DNA of 51,809 nt from positions 202,442,192-202,494,000 of the forward strand of contig CM097882.1 of assembly GCA_044892505.1 (NCBI GenBank), given 5' to 3'. Within the stretch, counting starts at the first letter, position 1; each line of letters starts with the position of its first letter. The notes below the pieces were generated by a model. That model was not told where the DNA came from and made no database searches. It saw only the letters and a program-made list of their open reading frames with translations. This document shows positions 26,536 through 36,790 of this stretch, piece after piece. Made by a program: the position numbers and the translations under genes. Source of the stretch: Schmidtea nova (lineage: Eukaryota).

Positions 26536-26726
26536 GTCTGTAAATATATCATTAATGTTGGTATATGTTATGTGTCTGATTTTTCGGTCATCTTATCGTC
26601 GTTAAACAACTCCGTTCTATCATCATATTATTTCCATGCGCTCGAAAGAAAAACAAAACAAGACCGTTTTCACACAAATACATATATTTTGTAACTACGA
26701 CAATCATTCTCTCTCGGCTGCGACAA

Positions 26727-27362
26727 TCAACTGAAGGCCCTCAAGTCCTGATCGGCAGGATGCTCGTCGCGACGAATTCCATTCTCCTCATACATTTCTG
26801 GGGCTGGGGTCCAACTCAGCTTATCTTTGTAGATAAACACCTCCCAGAGGCGAAGCTCCTTGGGCTCGGGGTGTTGTTCCACGGAAACACTTCCTGGTGC
26901 ATTGGAATAAGTGAAGACTTCCTCAGTGTAGCGACACCGAGGCCTGTCTAGCAGCAGGTATCCTAATTGGAAAAGAGCCCTTCCGGTCATCATTCCATTG
27001 CTCAATACCCAGCGGGGTCGTCTCTGCTCGTCGAGAAATTGGAAGAACCATCTAGCGGTCCTTGGTTCGGCAGGGTCCATGGTGGACATCCAATCGGGGT
27101 CTCCTTCCCATCGTAATTGTAACGTGAAGGCGCAAGCCGGAACATCTGCGGCTGCACTCATATGGTGTCTTGTCCACCGCCGTAGGTGGCGACGCGCAGT
27201 TTCGCTAATTCTGCGTGGGGCTTCCATTTCTCCCTCGATGGTGGGGATCCTCCTTGGCCGGACGACGGGACGGATGCGTCGGGGTTTCCGGACGACATAA
27301 TCTTCCATTTTCATCTGTCGATAGGTGCTCGGACTTCTTTGATATTCTTCGGTCTTTATCAT
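26727..27362 (-). CDS. LTR-encoded ORF L1, 211 aa, basic N-terminus plus unknown globular domain
   Basis: Intact; homolog in the solo LTR; strong acceptor CCTAAC...TCTTCTTGTCTTCAG 4 nt before ATG. Confidence 0.85.
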   Translation of the reverse strand: MIKTEEYQRSPSTYRQMKMEDYVVRKPRRIRPVVRPRRIPTIEGEMEAPRRISETARRHLRRWTRHHMSAAADVPACAFTLQLRWEGDPDWMSTMDPAEPRTARWFFQFLDEQRRPRWVLSNGMMTGRALFQLGYLLLDRPRCRYTEEVFTYSNAPGSVSVEQHPEPKELRLWEVFIYKDKLSWTPAPEMYEENGIRRDEHPADQDLRAFS

Positions 27363-28323
27363 TTTTCTGAAGACAAGAAGATGTGATTGTGATGAATTTG
27401 TTAGGTGCGTGCAATTATTTATAATCGGCGACCTACTCGACTCAAGAGTAAAACTCTGTAGGTTGCCGTTGGTGTTTCAGTGTTAGATCGGTTCGATGTT
27501 CAAGATAGTAGGTAGGTTGTATGTTATCGTCATGTGGTTGAGTGTATTCACTATGTCAAGTTGCTTAACTGATTTGGCCACGCAAAAATTCAGTGCAGTT
27601 TATGACAATCTTTATTCATTTATGATGATCACTTGATCATTTATTATGTTAGAATATCATCATTTCATAGACCATTTGGGTTTATATCTACAGCAATCAT
27701 ACTCACTCGCATCTCAGGTGTTATCTCCATACCTCAGGTTCAACTATCAAGAATCACATCATCCGGGGAACATGATCGACCCCTTATTCAGGTTAATTGG
27801 GTACAGATTGTACTTGCATTACATTTCGTGGGTCTATCCTTCGTACCCTTCGAGAGGTGTACATATATGTTGGGATATCCTGTGGATTCATGGTTTACCT
27901 CTGACCCTAGCCCTGTCGGTCTCTGACTCACCTGACTCATGTAGTGTATATCTCCATACTAACCCTTTGCACAAAACCGTCGTTACTCTACTCGACTTCA
28001 CGACGCTGGACACTCCTGGTCTATTAACAAGCCTTTTATGTATACTGATTTACTCGGTGTCGTCGTGACAGATGATACGTCCTTCAATTGCTTTCACCCA
28101 TACCGATGTTGCGATGGCATGAGATATCCGATGTGCCCTTCCCCCTTCCGCTTGTTAAATATTTAGAACACCTATGGTCCCGCCGCATCAGCACCTCACA
28201 ACCGAAAGATTGTGTTGCGCTGAGAGGCCCCAAGAATCCGTCAGGCTGTTAGGCCTCCGGAAAACCTTATGGATTTTAACATATTTATATAATTATGAGG
28301 GTTTAAAAGACTAATACAACGTG

Positions 28324-28463
28324 AATTACCTTTTATTTCTTTCCAAATTGGTTTCACAATGTTCTCAGTAGTCACAAACAATTCACACTTGGTAAAGATA
28401 ACATTGTCAAATACTGATTTGACTTCAGTATTTATACTCCACCGGTGTTGTTGGTTAGCCAAT
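28324..28463 (-). promoter_or_regulatory. LTR promoter and leader-exon splice donor
   Basis: ATTGG 28459-28463, TATAAATA 28429-28436, TCAGT 28413-28417, donor AAG|GTAATT at 28330/28329; same layout as the solo LTR. Confidence 0.65.
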
Positions 28464-28838
28464 CAGCATCGAGTATGTGTGTATGTTTGCTTCATTATTT
28501 TGTGTTGTCGGCTTTTTGCTGCCTAACTTAACTTGCCGATTTGTTTGGTTAATCATGCGGTAAGTTTTTCTTAGTCATCAATTTATTTTATTTTATTTTT
28601 GTTTATAGGTCTTTGGTGACATCCGCCCACGCGCTGTCATATTCAGATTTTATCTGCTTCGCATGAGTAAGTTTTGAAGATTTTTGTTGTTTTGATTAAT
28701 ATTTTATTTCTTTTAGATGTTGCCGCCTATTTTGTTACGCTTTGGTGTTGGTAATTTATTTTGTTGTTATTCTGTTGTAAATTTATTTTATTGATTGTAT
28801 ATTATTTTCAGATGCTGCTCGATTTGGCTGGCCCAACA

Positions 28839-28858
28839 TCACTCGGGGTCCCCTAAAA
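28839..28858 (-). other. Polypurine-tract position (atypical): TTTTAGGGGACCCCGAGTGA|TG
   Basis: Immediately precedes the 3' LTR TG; G-rich but interrupted by CCCC. Confidence 0.45.
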
Positions 28859-29038
28859 TTGCGTCCCGCAATTACATGCATATACCTACATCAACATACA
28901 TAAAAAGTTCGTGACAGAACTTACATGCAAAACCACATAAGGTGGTAGCTTTTATACACATTTATACAAATACACCTTGTCATTGTCATGTTTATATTGT
29001 TACACAGTTCAATGTTTCTGGCTCATAGGGGTCGATTT

Positions 29039-29563
29039 TCAGGTCCTTTCACTGGTTGACTGCATTTCGTATCGGGCTTGAATTTGTCGTAGATGGCTTC
29101 TCATTCTTTGGTGGGTTTTGGCTTCTCTTCTGGCGCATCTACACATTATCGTTTGTTGTTGTTTGAGGCTTCTGATTCGATATAGGGTATACGTGATCAC
29201 TATGATCAAGATGATTGTCAGTATTGTCATTGTGACTATTCCCACGATGATCCATCTGTTTCGGATTTCGGATTCGATTTGGGTTTGACCTTTGATTGGC
29301 TTTAGGTGATCTTGAAATGTTCTATGGATTTCTCGGATCTTCTCGATTTGATTGAATAGGGTTTGTACGGGTTTGCGATGATCATGACTGATCCGCATTT
29401 GTCGGATTAATTGTTTCAAGTCTTCTCTGACTTCGTTTAGTTGTTTTTCGATCTCTTGGGATATCTCGTTTGACAGGGTTCTTTGGATTTCGGTTGTTGA
29501 ACAGTTCATGATTGTTGTAGCTAACATAATCGTTAGGATTGATAGGGTTTTGAGCCAGATCAT
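29039..29563 (-). CDS. 174-aa type I membrane protein (signal peptide, coiled-coil ectodomain, TM, basic tail)
   Basis: MIWLKTLSILTIMLATTIMNC signal-like; TM WIIVGIVTMTILTIILIIVITYTLY; acceptor CAG 2 nt before ATG. Confidence 0.8.
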   Translation of the reverse strand: MIWLKTLSILTIMLATTIMNCSTTEIQRTLSNEISQEIEKQLNEVREDLKQLIRQMRISHDHRKPVQTLFNQIEKIREIHRTFQDHLKPIKGQTQIESEIRNRWIIVGIVTMTILTIILIIVITYTLYRIRSLKQQQTIMCRCARREAKTHQRMRSHLRQIQARYEMQSTSERT

Positions 29564-29636
29564 TTCTGATTATTCTACTGATTAATACCTGTTACATCGA
29601 TTTGTACATTTTTACACACGGATTTTTCGCCTCTTT

Positions 29637-30800
29637 TTACACATCCGTCTCCTCTGGTTCATGAAACCCTTCATCTTGGAGTTCCATTGGTGGTGGTGGT
29701 ATAAACGGTAACCACACCACTCTGCTTCTCCACATTGCAATTTCATCTTGATACGTTCGAGAGATTTGTATCTCTTCATCTAACAGATACTCCATGTAAT
29801 CTGATTGTTCGCTTAGAGTTTCAATTTGTCTTTCCATCTCTTCCACTTTTCTCTTCAGGGCTTCTACTTCTGTAGGTTCGGTTTCTACTTCTATGGTTTC
29901 TTTCAGGGTTATTATTTGTTGTTTCAGCTCCTCGTTTTCTTTCGTCAAGTTCGTTATGTTTTCCTCGTAAGCTCGGTTTGATTCCGCATGTCTTTCTTTC
30001 ACAGCTTTCAGTTCCATTTTCTTTTGGGTCACCACCCCTTGATAACCATTTACATCTCTTTCCAAGCTTTCTTTTTCCCTGTTCAACTTTTGTCTTTCCG
30101 CTTCCTCTTTTTGTCTAATACCTCGCATTTCTCCATTTATCATCTGTACTTGCCATTGCGCTTTCTTTAGTTCCTTTGCCTGCTCTCGAATAAATCGTTG
30201 TCGTTTTCGACTCCATTCTTTGTTTGCTTGTTCTTGTCGTTTTCTCTGTTCTAATTCCTCTTTCAATTCGTCTATCTCTTGATACAGTTTCCAATCTTCG
30301 CTGTGTGCTGTCCTTCTGATTATTTCTTTGGCTTCTTTATACACTCGTTTCGACTCCATCTTCCAATGTCTCGCTTGAGCCTTGATTGCTAGTATTTTTA
30401 CCTCCATCTTTTCCTCTTGTTTCTCCTTCTCTTCTCTTCGCGTTTTCATCATATTTTTATAATGTTCTGCTTGTTTCCTCATCAACTGATAGGTCTCTTC
30501 TATCTTCTGTCGACTTCGTGCATTCGTTCCTTTTAGCTTCTCTATTTGTGTTGTCAGTTGTACTATCTCTTTGTTTACTTCCTCGAGTTCTAGTTGATAT
30601 AACTCCATTCGTCGTTCGCATTCCAGTTTCTCGTAGAAATTGTTTGTCATCACTTCGTGTAACTCTCTGGTTCTTTGTTCCACTTCCATTTTACATCTCT
30701 TTTCGATTTCTCTTTCGATTTCTCTTTCTATTGTTTCTTGTTCGTTCAACATCTCGCTTCTCGTTTCATCTTCGATTACATGTTCATTTGCGTTTTCCAT
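29637..30800 (-). CDS. 387-aa long coiled-coil protein with C-terminal PPPP and acidic tail
   Basis: Intact E/K/Q/R-rich heptad sequence; acceptor TTACAG 1 nt before ATG. Confidence 0.8.
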   Translation of the reverse strand: MENANEHVIEDETRSEMLNEQETIEREIEREIEKRCKMEVEQRTRELHEVMTNNFYEKLECERRMELYQLELEEVNKEIVQLTTQIEKLKGTNARSRQKIEETYQLMRKQAEHYKNMMKTRREEKEKQEEKMEVKILAIKAQARHWKMESKRVYKEAKEIIRRTAHSEDWKLYQEIDELKEELEQRKRQEQANKEWSRKRQRFIREQAKELKKAQWQVQMINGEMRGIRQKEEAERQKLNREKESLERDVNGYQGVVTQKKMELKAVKERHAESNRAYEENITNLTKENEELKQQIITLKETIEVETEPTEVEALKRKVEEMERQIETLSEQSDYMEYLLDEEIQISRTYQDEIAMWRSRVVWLPFIPPPPMELQDEGFHEPEETDV

Positions 30801-30889
30801 TCTGTAATTTACAAATTTACACTTGTTATACTATACGTTTATTGTTGCTGTCGATTTTTACACTTTATTTACAGGGTCGTTCATTCTGA

Positions 30890-32302
30890 CTACTCCAACC
30901 ATCCTTTCGTTGACTTCGTGTTCATCACTGTTGTACTTGCTTTCTTTTCGATTTCCAATTCTACGTATAGGTTGTCGTCGTACAACATTTCCCACATTGT
31001 TTGGTGTGGTATGAATTTTGGTTCTCCAGTCGCTAATGAACATTCTGTGGTTGGTCTTTTGTAAGCTTCGTGCTTACCATCAATTTTGAATACTCTCGCT
31101 ATTGTTTCTTTCGAGTTTTTCACTCTCATTATAGCCTTTGTTTCTAGTGGCCATTCCAATATGTCGTCGTAACCACCTTTACACAACGCAAAGAATAATG
31201 ACACATGCGTTTCCTTTCCTGATCCATCTCCATTTGGATAAATTCTCATCCGGACTTTGTATTCATTTTTCCACAGATAGAATGGTGGACTTGTTACCGA
31301 CACTTGACTTCCTGTTTTTGCTGCTGTGAATTTGTCATTGAAGTTCTTGATTTTCCATACATATGGTGCAACAGGTAAACTCTCGATATCCTCTGCATCT
31401 CGCACCCATATTTGATGTCGCACGTTTACTTCTTTTACTAGCGTCTCTATGACTTTGATTTTCTCCATCATTTTCTCTCTGGTGAGCTCGAATTGCTCTC
31501 TCGTTTCCAGTAATAACTCTGTCATGATCCTCTGAGATTCAATTTCTTTTCCTAGTTTCTGTATGGTTTGTTCCATTCCGTTCAAATTTTCTGTTAACAT
31601 CTCTGCGTGTTGTACCGTCTCGGTTTCCAAATGTTCTTTCATTTCTTTGCTCGTTTTCTTTACTACACATCCTTGTTTGCTCCATACGCACTTTCTTGGC
31701 CTTGCTTCACATCGTTCCCAATGTTCTTTCAACATCACCTCTTCTCTGGCTCCACAATTACTTGGACACATTCCTCTGAATTTTCCGCACACTTTCTCTT
31801 CTGCTACATTGAGATGTTCTGTTTCAATTATCTCTCTTGTCTCCCTTTGTTCACAGTATTGACATTCTATTATTTCTGCTTTGCACTCGTTCTTGTGACT
31901 TTTCAACTGCTTGATGGTTATCGTCTGTTGACACTTTTCACATGTTGCTTTCTTGTTTTCGCATTTCTCCAGATGTTGTCTGAGTTCGATTATTTGACCT
32001 TTCCACTCACATGGTTGGTTTATACATTCTGTTTTTATCTTCCAGATCTCCTTTTGGATTGCTTTGTCTGGTTTCGTCTCGTTGATTAGTAGTTTATCGT
32101 CACACTCTGGACACTTTCTTGTCTCACTTTCACTGATTATTTGCAATATACACTTGGTGCACATCCTGCATCCACATTCCGTTTGCCTCGGTTTTAACAG
32201 TAGATTTTTACACTTTACACACGTCACATTTACTCCCCATTGTCGATTTTCTCTTCTTAGCATCTCGATCGTTTGGTAATCTGCTTCACTTTCTGCTCTC
32301 AT
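30890..32302 (-). CDS. TRAF-family protein, 470 aa (RING, TRAF zinc fingers, coiled coil, MATH)
   Basis: RING CVKC...CGCRMCTKC...CPEC; zinc fingers CINQPCEW...HLEKC; MATH VWKIKNF...SPPFY...RIYPNGDGSGKETHVSLFFALCKGGYDDILEWP...PKFI; intronless. Confidence 0.95.
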   Translation of the reverse strand: MRAESEADYQTIEMLRRENRQWGVNVTCVKCKNLLLKPRQTECGCRMCTKCILQIISESETRKCPECDDKLLINETKPDKAIQKEIWKIKTECINQPCEWKGQIIELRQHLEKCENKKATCEKCQQTITIKQLKSHKNECKAEIIECQYCEQRETREIIETEHLNVAEEKVCGKFRGMCPSNCGAREEVMLKEHWERCEARPRKCVWSKQGCVVKKTSKEMKEHLETETVQHAEMLTENLNGMEQTIQKLGKEIESQRIMTELLLETREQFELTREKMMEKIKVIETLVKEVNVRHQIWVRDAEDIESLPVAPYVWKIKNFNDKFTAAKTGSQVSVTSPPFYLWKNEYKVRMRIYPNGDGSGKETHVSLFFALCKGGYDDILEWPLETKAIMRVKNSKETIARVFKIDGKHEAYKRPTTECSLATGEPKFIPHQTMWEMLYDDNLYVELEIEKKASTTVMNTKSTKGWLE

Positions 32303-32392
32303 TCTACAACAATATTTACATCAATTTCCCCATATTTTTGATTTTTTCTGGTTCTTTATTTACACGTATTTACACAATTTTCCGCTTATTCA

Positions 32393-32743
32393 CTATACAT
32401 CCTCAGTTGAATCCGCCTCTGGATACACGTCTATTTCATTTACAATCCAGCTCGTCCAACTATCTGGTATCTCTTCCTCTTCATGTCTCGTTAATCGGTC
32501 AATTTCCTCTGCTTGCCAGTTGTTCACTTCATTCAATGTTCGGTTCTCGTTCTGTAATTCGTTTATCTGTATTTGTTGGATCTCGATTTTGTTCATTGCT
32601 TCGAAATTACAGTTATAACTCTCGGTTAATAATTGCGTTTTTGCCGTCAACTGGCTCTGTAATTCATTTACTGTTCTGGCTAGCAGGTCGCATTGTACTT
32701 TCCATCTCGTCATCATTGACATCTCGATATTTTCTTGGTTCAT
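32393..32743 (-). CDS. 116-aa coiled-coil acidic protein
   Basis: Intact, same strand and spacing as neighbours; acceptor TAG 7 nt before ATG. Confidence 0.7.
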   Translation of the reverse strand: MNQENIEMSMMTRWKVQCDLLARTVNELQSQLTAKTQLLTESYNCNFEAMNKIEIQQIQINELQNENRTLNEVNNWQAEEIDRLTRHEEEEIPDSWTSWIVNEIDVYPEADSTEDV

Positions 32744-32866
32744 CGTTTTTCTAGATTATATACATCATTCTCTTTTTTCTGTTTTTATGTTTTATAATAT
32801 TTATACCCATACGTATACGGTTATGCATTGGTTTTTACAATATTATTTACACTCATATTCCACCCT

Positions 32867-35524
32867 CTATACAACTATTACTGGTTTTCCTTCGTACAGT
32901 TCTTCGTCCTCGATCTGTACCCACATCTCTTCGTGTTTTGATCGTCTTCTCAGCTCTTCTCGTACTTCTTTTGGTAGTTTTTTGTTGTAATTCGTGACCT
33001 TTACGTCCGGCCATTTTACTGCTATGGTCTTATTTCTCATGCCATATCTCCAACATACTATCATGATCGTTATCAGCGGTATACACGCTATGAATACTCC
33101 CATGCTGATTAATCCCATTACTGTTTTTCCAATGCTCATTCTTGGAGTCTCACTTTGGTTTATCATCACGCCATATTGACCTTTCCATTCTGCTTCCCAT
33201 TGTTCGTATTGTTGTTGTCTCCGTCTGACTTCTTCGATCACTTTCTCGGGTTCCCATCTTTCTTGTTGATTTTGTAGTATTTCCTCCGTCTCTGTTTGTT
33301 CTCTTTTCTGACTCAATTCTCGGAATTCTAACTTGCGGGTTCCCCCTTTTATCGTTATGTTCCTTGGCGTGTAATAGGTTTCGCACCTTTCTTGTTGATT
33401 TCCTTGTGCGTCTACTTCTTCGATTGCACACACTTCGTATTCTGCGTTTGTTTTCAACCTCCTCATTTCTACCTCGATTATTTCCCTTTTGTCATTTGAT
33501 GTCTTTTGACAGTTTCGTGGAGACTCTCTCATACTGTTTGGCATTAATGTCCAACAGATTTCTAGGACCTTTTTATGGATCTTCCATATTATCAGAGTCG
33601 TTGATTCCGGTTCGTTTTTTATTGACGTCCCTTCTGTTGTCTGTTGAGTTCCTTGACTGTTGGTTGTCGTGGTTCTTCTTGACTTTCTTTTCCTCTGTCG
33701 ACTTCCTCCCATTTCGATCGTTCTTGTACCGTTAATTTGCTCTGGCGTCTTGTACAGTCTGCACTCCAGGCTTCTTTGTATTACTTCTCTTATTCTTCGG
33801 ATTACGCAAATTTCGTAAGCTTGTCCGACTTCGAATCCATTTAGTTGAAACGGGATTCCTCGTTCTCTCGTTTTACATTGCGGTATTATGTTGTTGGTCG
33901 ATACTCCGATGTATTTTCTCCAACACATCCCAATTGTTCTCCGACCAATGTTTTTTATCTCCACCGTTACTACTTCATTCGCAATCGTTTCTTGATCTTG
34001 TTTCTTTCTTTTTGGGAATTCAATTATCTCCTTTGCTTGGAACACTTTACACTCGCTTGTTCCTGGTCTGTTTCCGTTTGCTGCTTTTTCCATGAGACAT
34101 AGTTCACATTTTCTATCTGTCTCCATTTCAGTTATCTCTATTTCCTCATTTGTCTCCGCCTCTACTATTTCTCTTGTTTCGCTGATTCCAATTACCTCAT
34201 TGTTTCGTCCCCAACATCTTCCATTCGTTGTTCGTTGATCTTGGATGTTTACTAACGTCATCACGCTGATATCTATGTCCTCCATGATTCTCTTAATGAG
34301 GATTAATATTAATGCTACACATATCAATTCTGGTTGGAATGTTAATTTGCCCGCTGAATTTCTGGTTATTCTTTCTTTCTCTGTTCGGTTTCTGATTCCT
34401 TCTTCTGCTTCAGATTGATTCTTCCCTTTCTCTGATTCCACTTCTGTTCTTCTCGTTGTCTCTTCGCTTCTTTTTCCAATCCATTTCTGTATTTTCAGCG
34501 CTTCTGTTGCTTTATATAATTGACATGCAGTTACCTGAGGTGCTTTTGGTTCTCCTCTCTGCTTTATTGCGCATATTATGTATGACTTTTCTTTCTCTAA
34601 TCCTTTGATTTGGATGACGTCCCGCTTCAAATCTGACAATATACACTTCAGCGTATCGTTTTTCCTCATATTCTCTTTCCAGCATATTCTTTCGTATACT
34701 TCATTTCTTCTAATTATCTCTAGCGTGACGTATTGTTTCTTGGCTTCTCCTTGTCCGATGATTGTTATCAATATCGCAATACACAACATTTCCGGTCTCA
34801 AAAGTAGACTTCCTGTTCGTTTTCCATAGTTTGTACGTTCGTCTTTTGTTCCATTGTTTTCTCGTTCTTCGGCTTCCCCTTTCTTGTCTTTTTCCGTTGG
34901 CTTTGGTTCTTCTTGTCTTTCTTTTTCATTATCCTCTGTTCTTTTGTTGTCATTGTCTTCGTTGTTCTTTTCGTTGTTACTTTTGTCGTCGAAGTCTCTG
35001 TAACCACCCCCTGGTCCTTTGAAAATGTCGTCCTCGACATTAATTTCTTTAATCAGTCTTTCATACGCTTGAACCGCGAGTGTGCTAGACTCGAATTCAC
35101 GTATTTCCATCTCCTTGGATGGTTCCCTGTCTTCTAGTCTACTTTGCTTGATTGCTCCTTTGGCATTTGTCCATTCATTCACATATTTTCTGAACAAGTC
35201 TTTCCATCTTCCCGTTCGTTCGGGTTCCTTTGGATTGTTCGTGAACTTCAAATCTCTTCTCTTTAAGAATTCTTCTACTATCTCTGGCTTTTTGTGTCTT
35301 AACAACGCGCTTCTGATACACCAATTCTGATTCTGTTCCATATGGTCATTGATCTTGAATGCCGGTTCCTTGGTGATCGGATTCACCCATGTTAGCAATG
35401 CTCTTGTTTTCTCTATGTCGTGTATCATTACTGTCAGACTGAAATTCTTTACGTTATTTGCCAGGTATTCTATGTCCTCTTGTCTCTTGATGGACTTTAT
35501 GAACTTGATCATCTCGAAATTGTT
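32867..35524 (-). CDS. Polyprotein C-terminal segment: end of ankyrin repeats, acidic linker, signal-like segments, ~4 FN3-like repeats, TM, short tail
   Basis: In frame with 35525-43984 across one TAG (IDIAIQ*NNFEMIKF); repeats such as IKGLEKEKSYIICA, LNGFEVGQAYEICV, LKTNAEYEVCA; TM GLISMGVFIACIPLITIMIVCW. Confidence 0.75.
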   Translation of the reverse strand, partial: NNFEMIKFIKSIKRQEDIEYLANNVKNFSLTVMIHDIEKTRALLTWVNPITKEPAFKINDHMEQNQNWCIRSALLRHKKPEIVEEFLKRRDLKFTNNPKEPERTGRWKDLFRKYVNEWTNAKGAIKQSRLEDREPSKEMEIREFESSTLAVQAYERLIKEINVEDDIFKGPGGGYRDFDDKSNNEKNNEDNDNKRTEDNEKERQEEPKPTEKDKKGEAEERENNGTKDERTNYGKRTGSLLLRPEMLCIAILITIIGQGEAKKQYVTLEIIRRNEVYERICWKENMRKNDTLKCILSDLKRDVIQIKGLEKEKSYIICAIKQRGEPKAPQVTACQLYKATEALKIQKWIGKRSEETTRRTEVESEKGKNQSEAEEGIRNRTEKERITRNSAGKLTFQPELICVALILILIKRIMEDIDISVMTLVNIQDQRTTNGRCWGRNNEVIGISETREIVEAETNEEIEITEMETDRKCELCLMEKAANGNRPGTSECKVFQAKEIIEFPKRKKQDQETIANEVVTVEIKNIGRRTIGMCWRKYIGVSTNNIIPQCKTRERGIPFQLNGFEVGQAYEICVIRRIREVIQRSLECRLYKTPEQINGTRTIEMGGSRQRKRKSRRTTTTNSQGTQQTTEGTSIKNEPESTTLIIWKIHKKVLEICWTLMPNSMRESPRNCQKTSNDKREIIEVEMRRLKTNAEYEVCAIEEVDAQGNQQERCETYYTPRNITIKGGTRKLEFRELSQKREQTETEEILQNQQERWEPEKVIEEVRRRQQQYEQWEAEWKGQYGVMINQSETPRMSIGKTVMGLISMGVFIACIPLITIMIVCWRYGMRNKTIAVKWPDVKVTNYNKKLPKEVREELRRRSKHEEMWVQIEDEELYEGKPVIVV

Positions 35525-36790
35525 CTACTGTATTGCGATATCTATGATGGAATTATTCTTTCCATTTTTCCCTTCGATTTTTGCTCCTGCTTCGTATAAT
35601 TCGCTTAGCACTTTAAAGTTCGTCTTCTTTCTTGCTGCGATTATCATGATTGTATCTCCGTTATCATCAACCGTATTCATGTCCGCTTCGCATTTGACCA
35701 TTGCTTTCGTTATTTCTAGCACTTCGTTTTCTTTCTTTCGACGTAATGCCCAGTGTATCGGCAATCTCCCATCCTTTGATAATAGGAATGCCACTGGCAT
35801 TTGATTCTTGATTGTGTCCATATCACTCTCGTTATAATCTCCTTGTGCGTATCTGTGCACTTTCTCTGTAATCGCTCCTAGTATCTCTAGCGAGTTTTTA
35901 TTCTCTTTGAATTCCGATAATTTTTCCTGCGCTTTTACTACGATTGCGTCTAATCTCTCTTGATATTCCGCTTTTGCATTGAACAACACTGCTTTGTTTC
36001 TTATTCGCGTTTGCATCTGTTTCATTCGTTGGTCTTGATATACTGCTTGTCTGAAGAATTGTCCATACTTCAATGCTTCCATCAGCTCTTTATATCGCTT
36101 GCTTATTTCTTTGTGCTGCTTTTGGATGTCATAGAAATGTTCGAAGCTCATATCCGGATTCCATTGCTTATCACACCATTTCTTGATTAATCCGAATAAT
36201 TCTTTCTTTCTGTCTTCCAGCTTGTATTCTCTTGGGTTCTCACTAACCCGTAGCGTATCTCTCGCTATCAACACTGCAAGTGTTTTTGGATCGTATGTTA
36301 CTTCTAATAGATGTTTCAGTAACGCATTTTCTCCCCTTATGAACACTTCATTACAATCTATGACCCACGAATCTCCTTCTGGTCGTTTCCACTTTAGCAA
36401 TATTCTCCAGGTTTTACTATTTCTTACTCCGATTGCTTGTTTCATGATCGATCCTCTAGTTAGTTCATCGATTTCCCACGTGGCATTTTCCGTGATATAC
36501 TTCAGTATTCGGTGATTCGCTCTATCAATTGCATGATTCAAGAATGTTCGTCCCTCTTTATCTTTTGTCAACCAATTCGATCTGGTGTTTCCGAATAGCT
36601 TGATTATTTCATCTTTTCTTCCATGAATCGTCATCATCATAAGTGGAGTAATTCCTTCCCAATTCACTTTGTCAATTTCTCCTCCACCTTCGAGTATCAT
36701 CCCTACAATTTCCTTCACTTTTTCGTTTCCACTGTGCTTGATTGCATTGTGCAACGCGGTATTACCGTCTTTGTCTTGTAGATTCAATGT
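35450..36790 (-). CDS. Ankyrin-repeat region fused downstream of integrase
   Basis: QDKDGNTALHNA, NWEGITPLMM, KDKEGRTFLNHA, KDGRLPIHWA, DDNGDTIMIIAA, GKNNSIIDIA. Domain edges approximate. Confidence 0.9.

Larger units (their letters stand above)
25588..28838 (-). repeat. 3' LTR, 3251 bp, TGTTGG...CCAGCA
   Basis: One edge is defined by the match to 51726, the other by the start of homology with the solo LTR (TGTTGGGCCAG); imperfect terminal inverted repeat TG(T/C)TGG. Confidence 0.9.
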
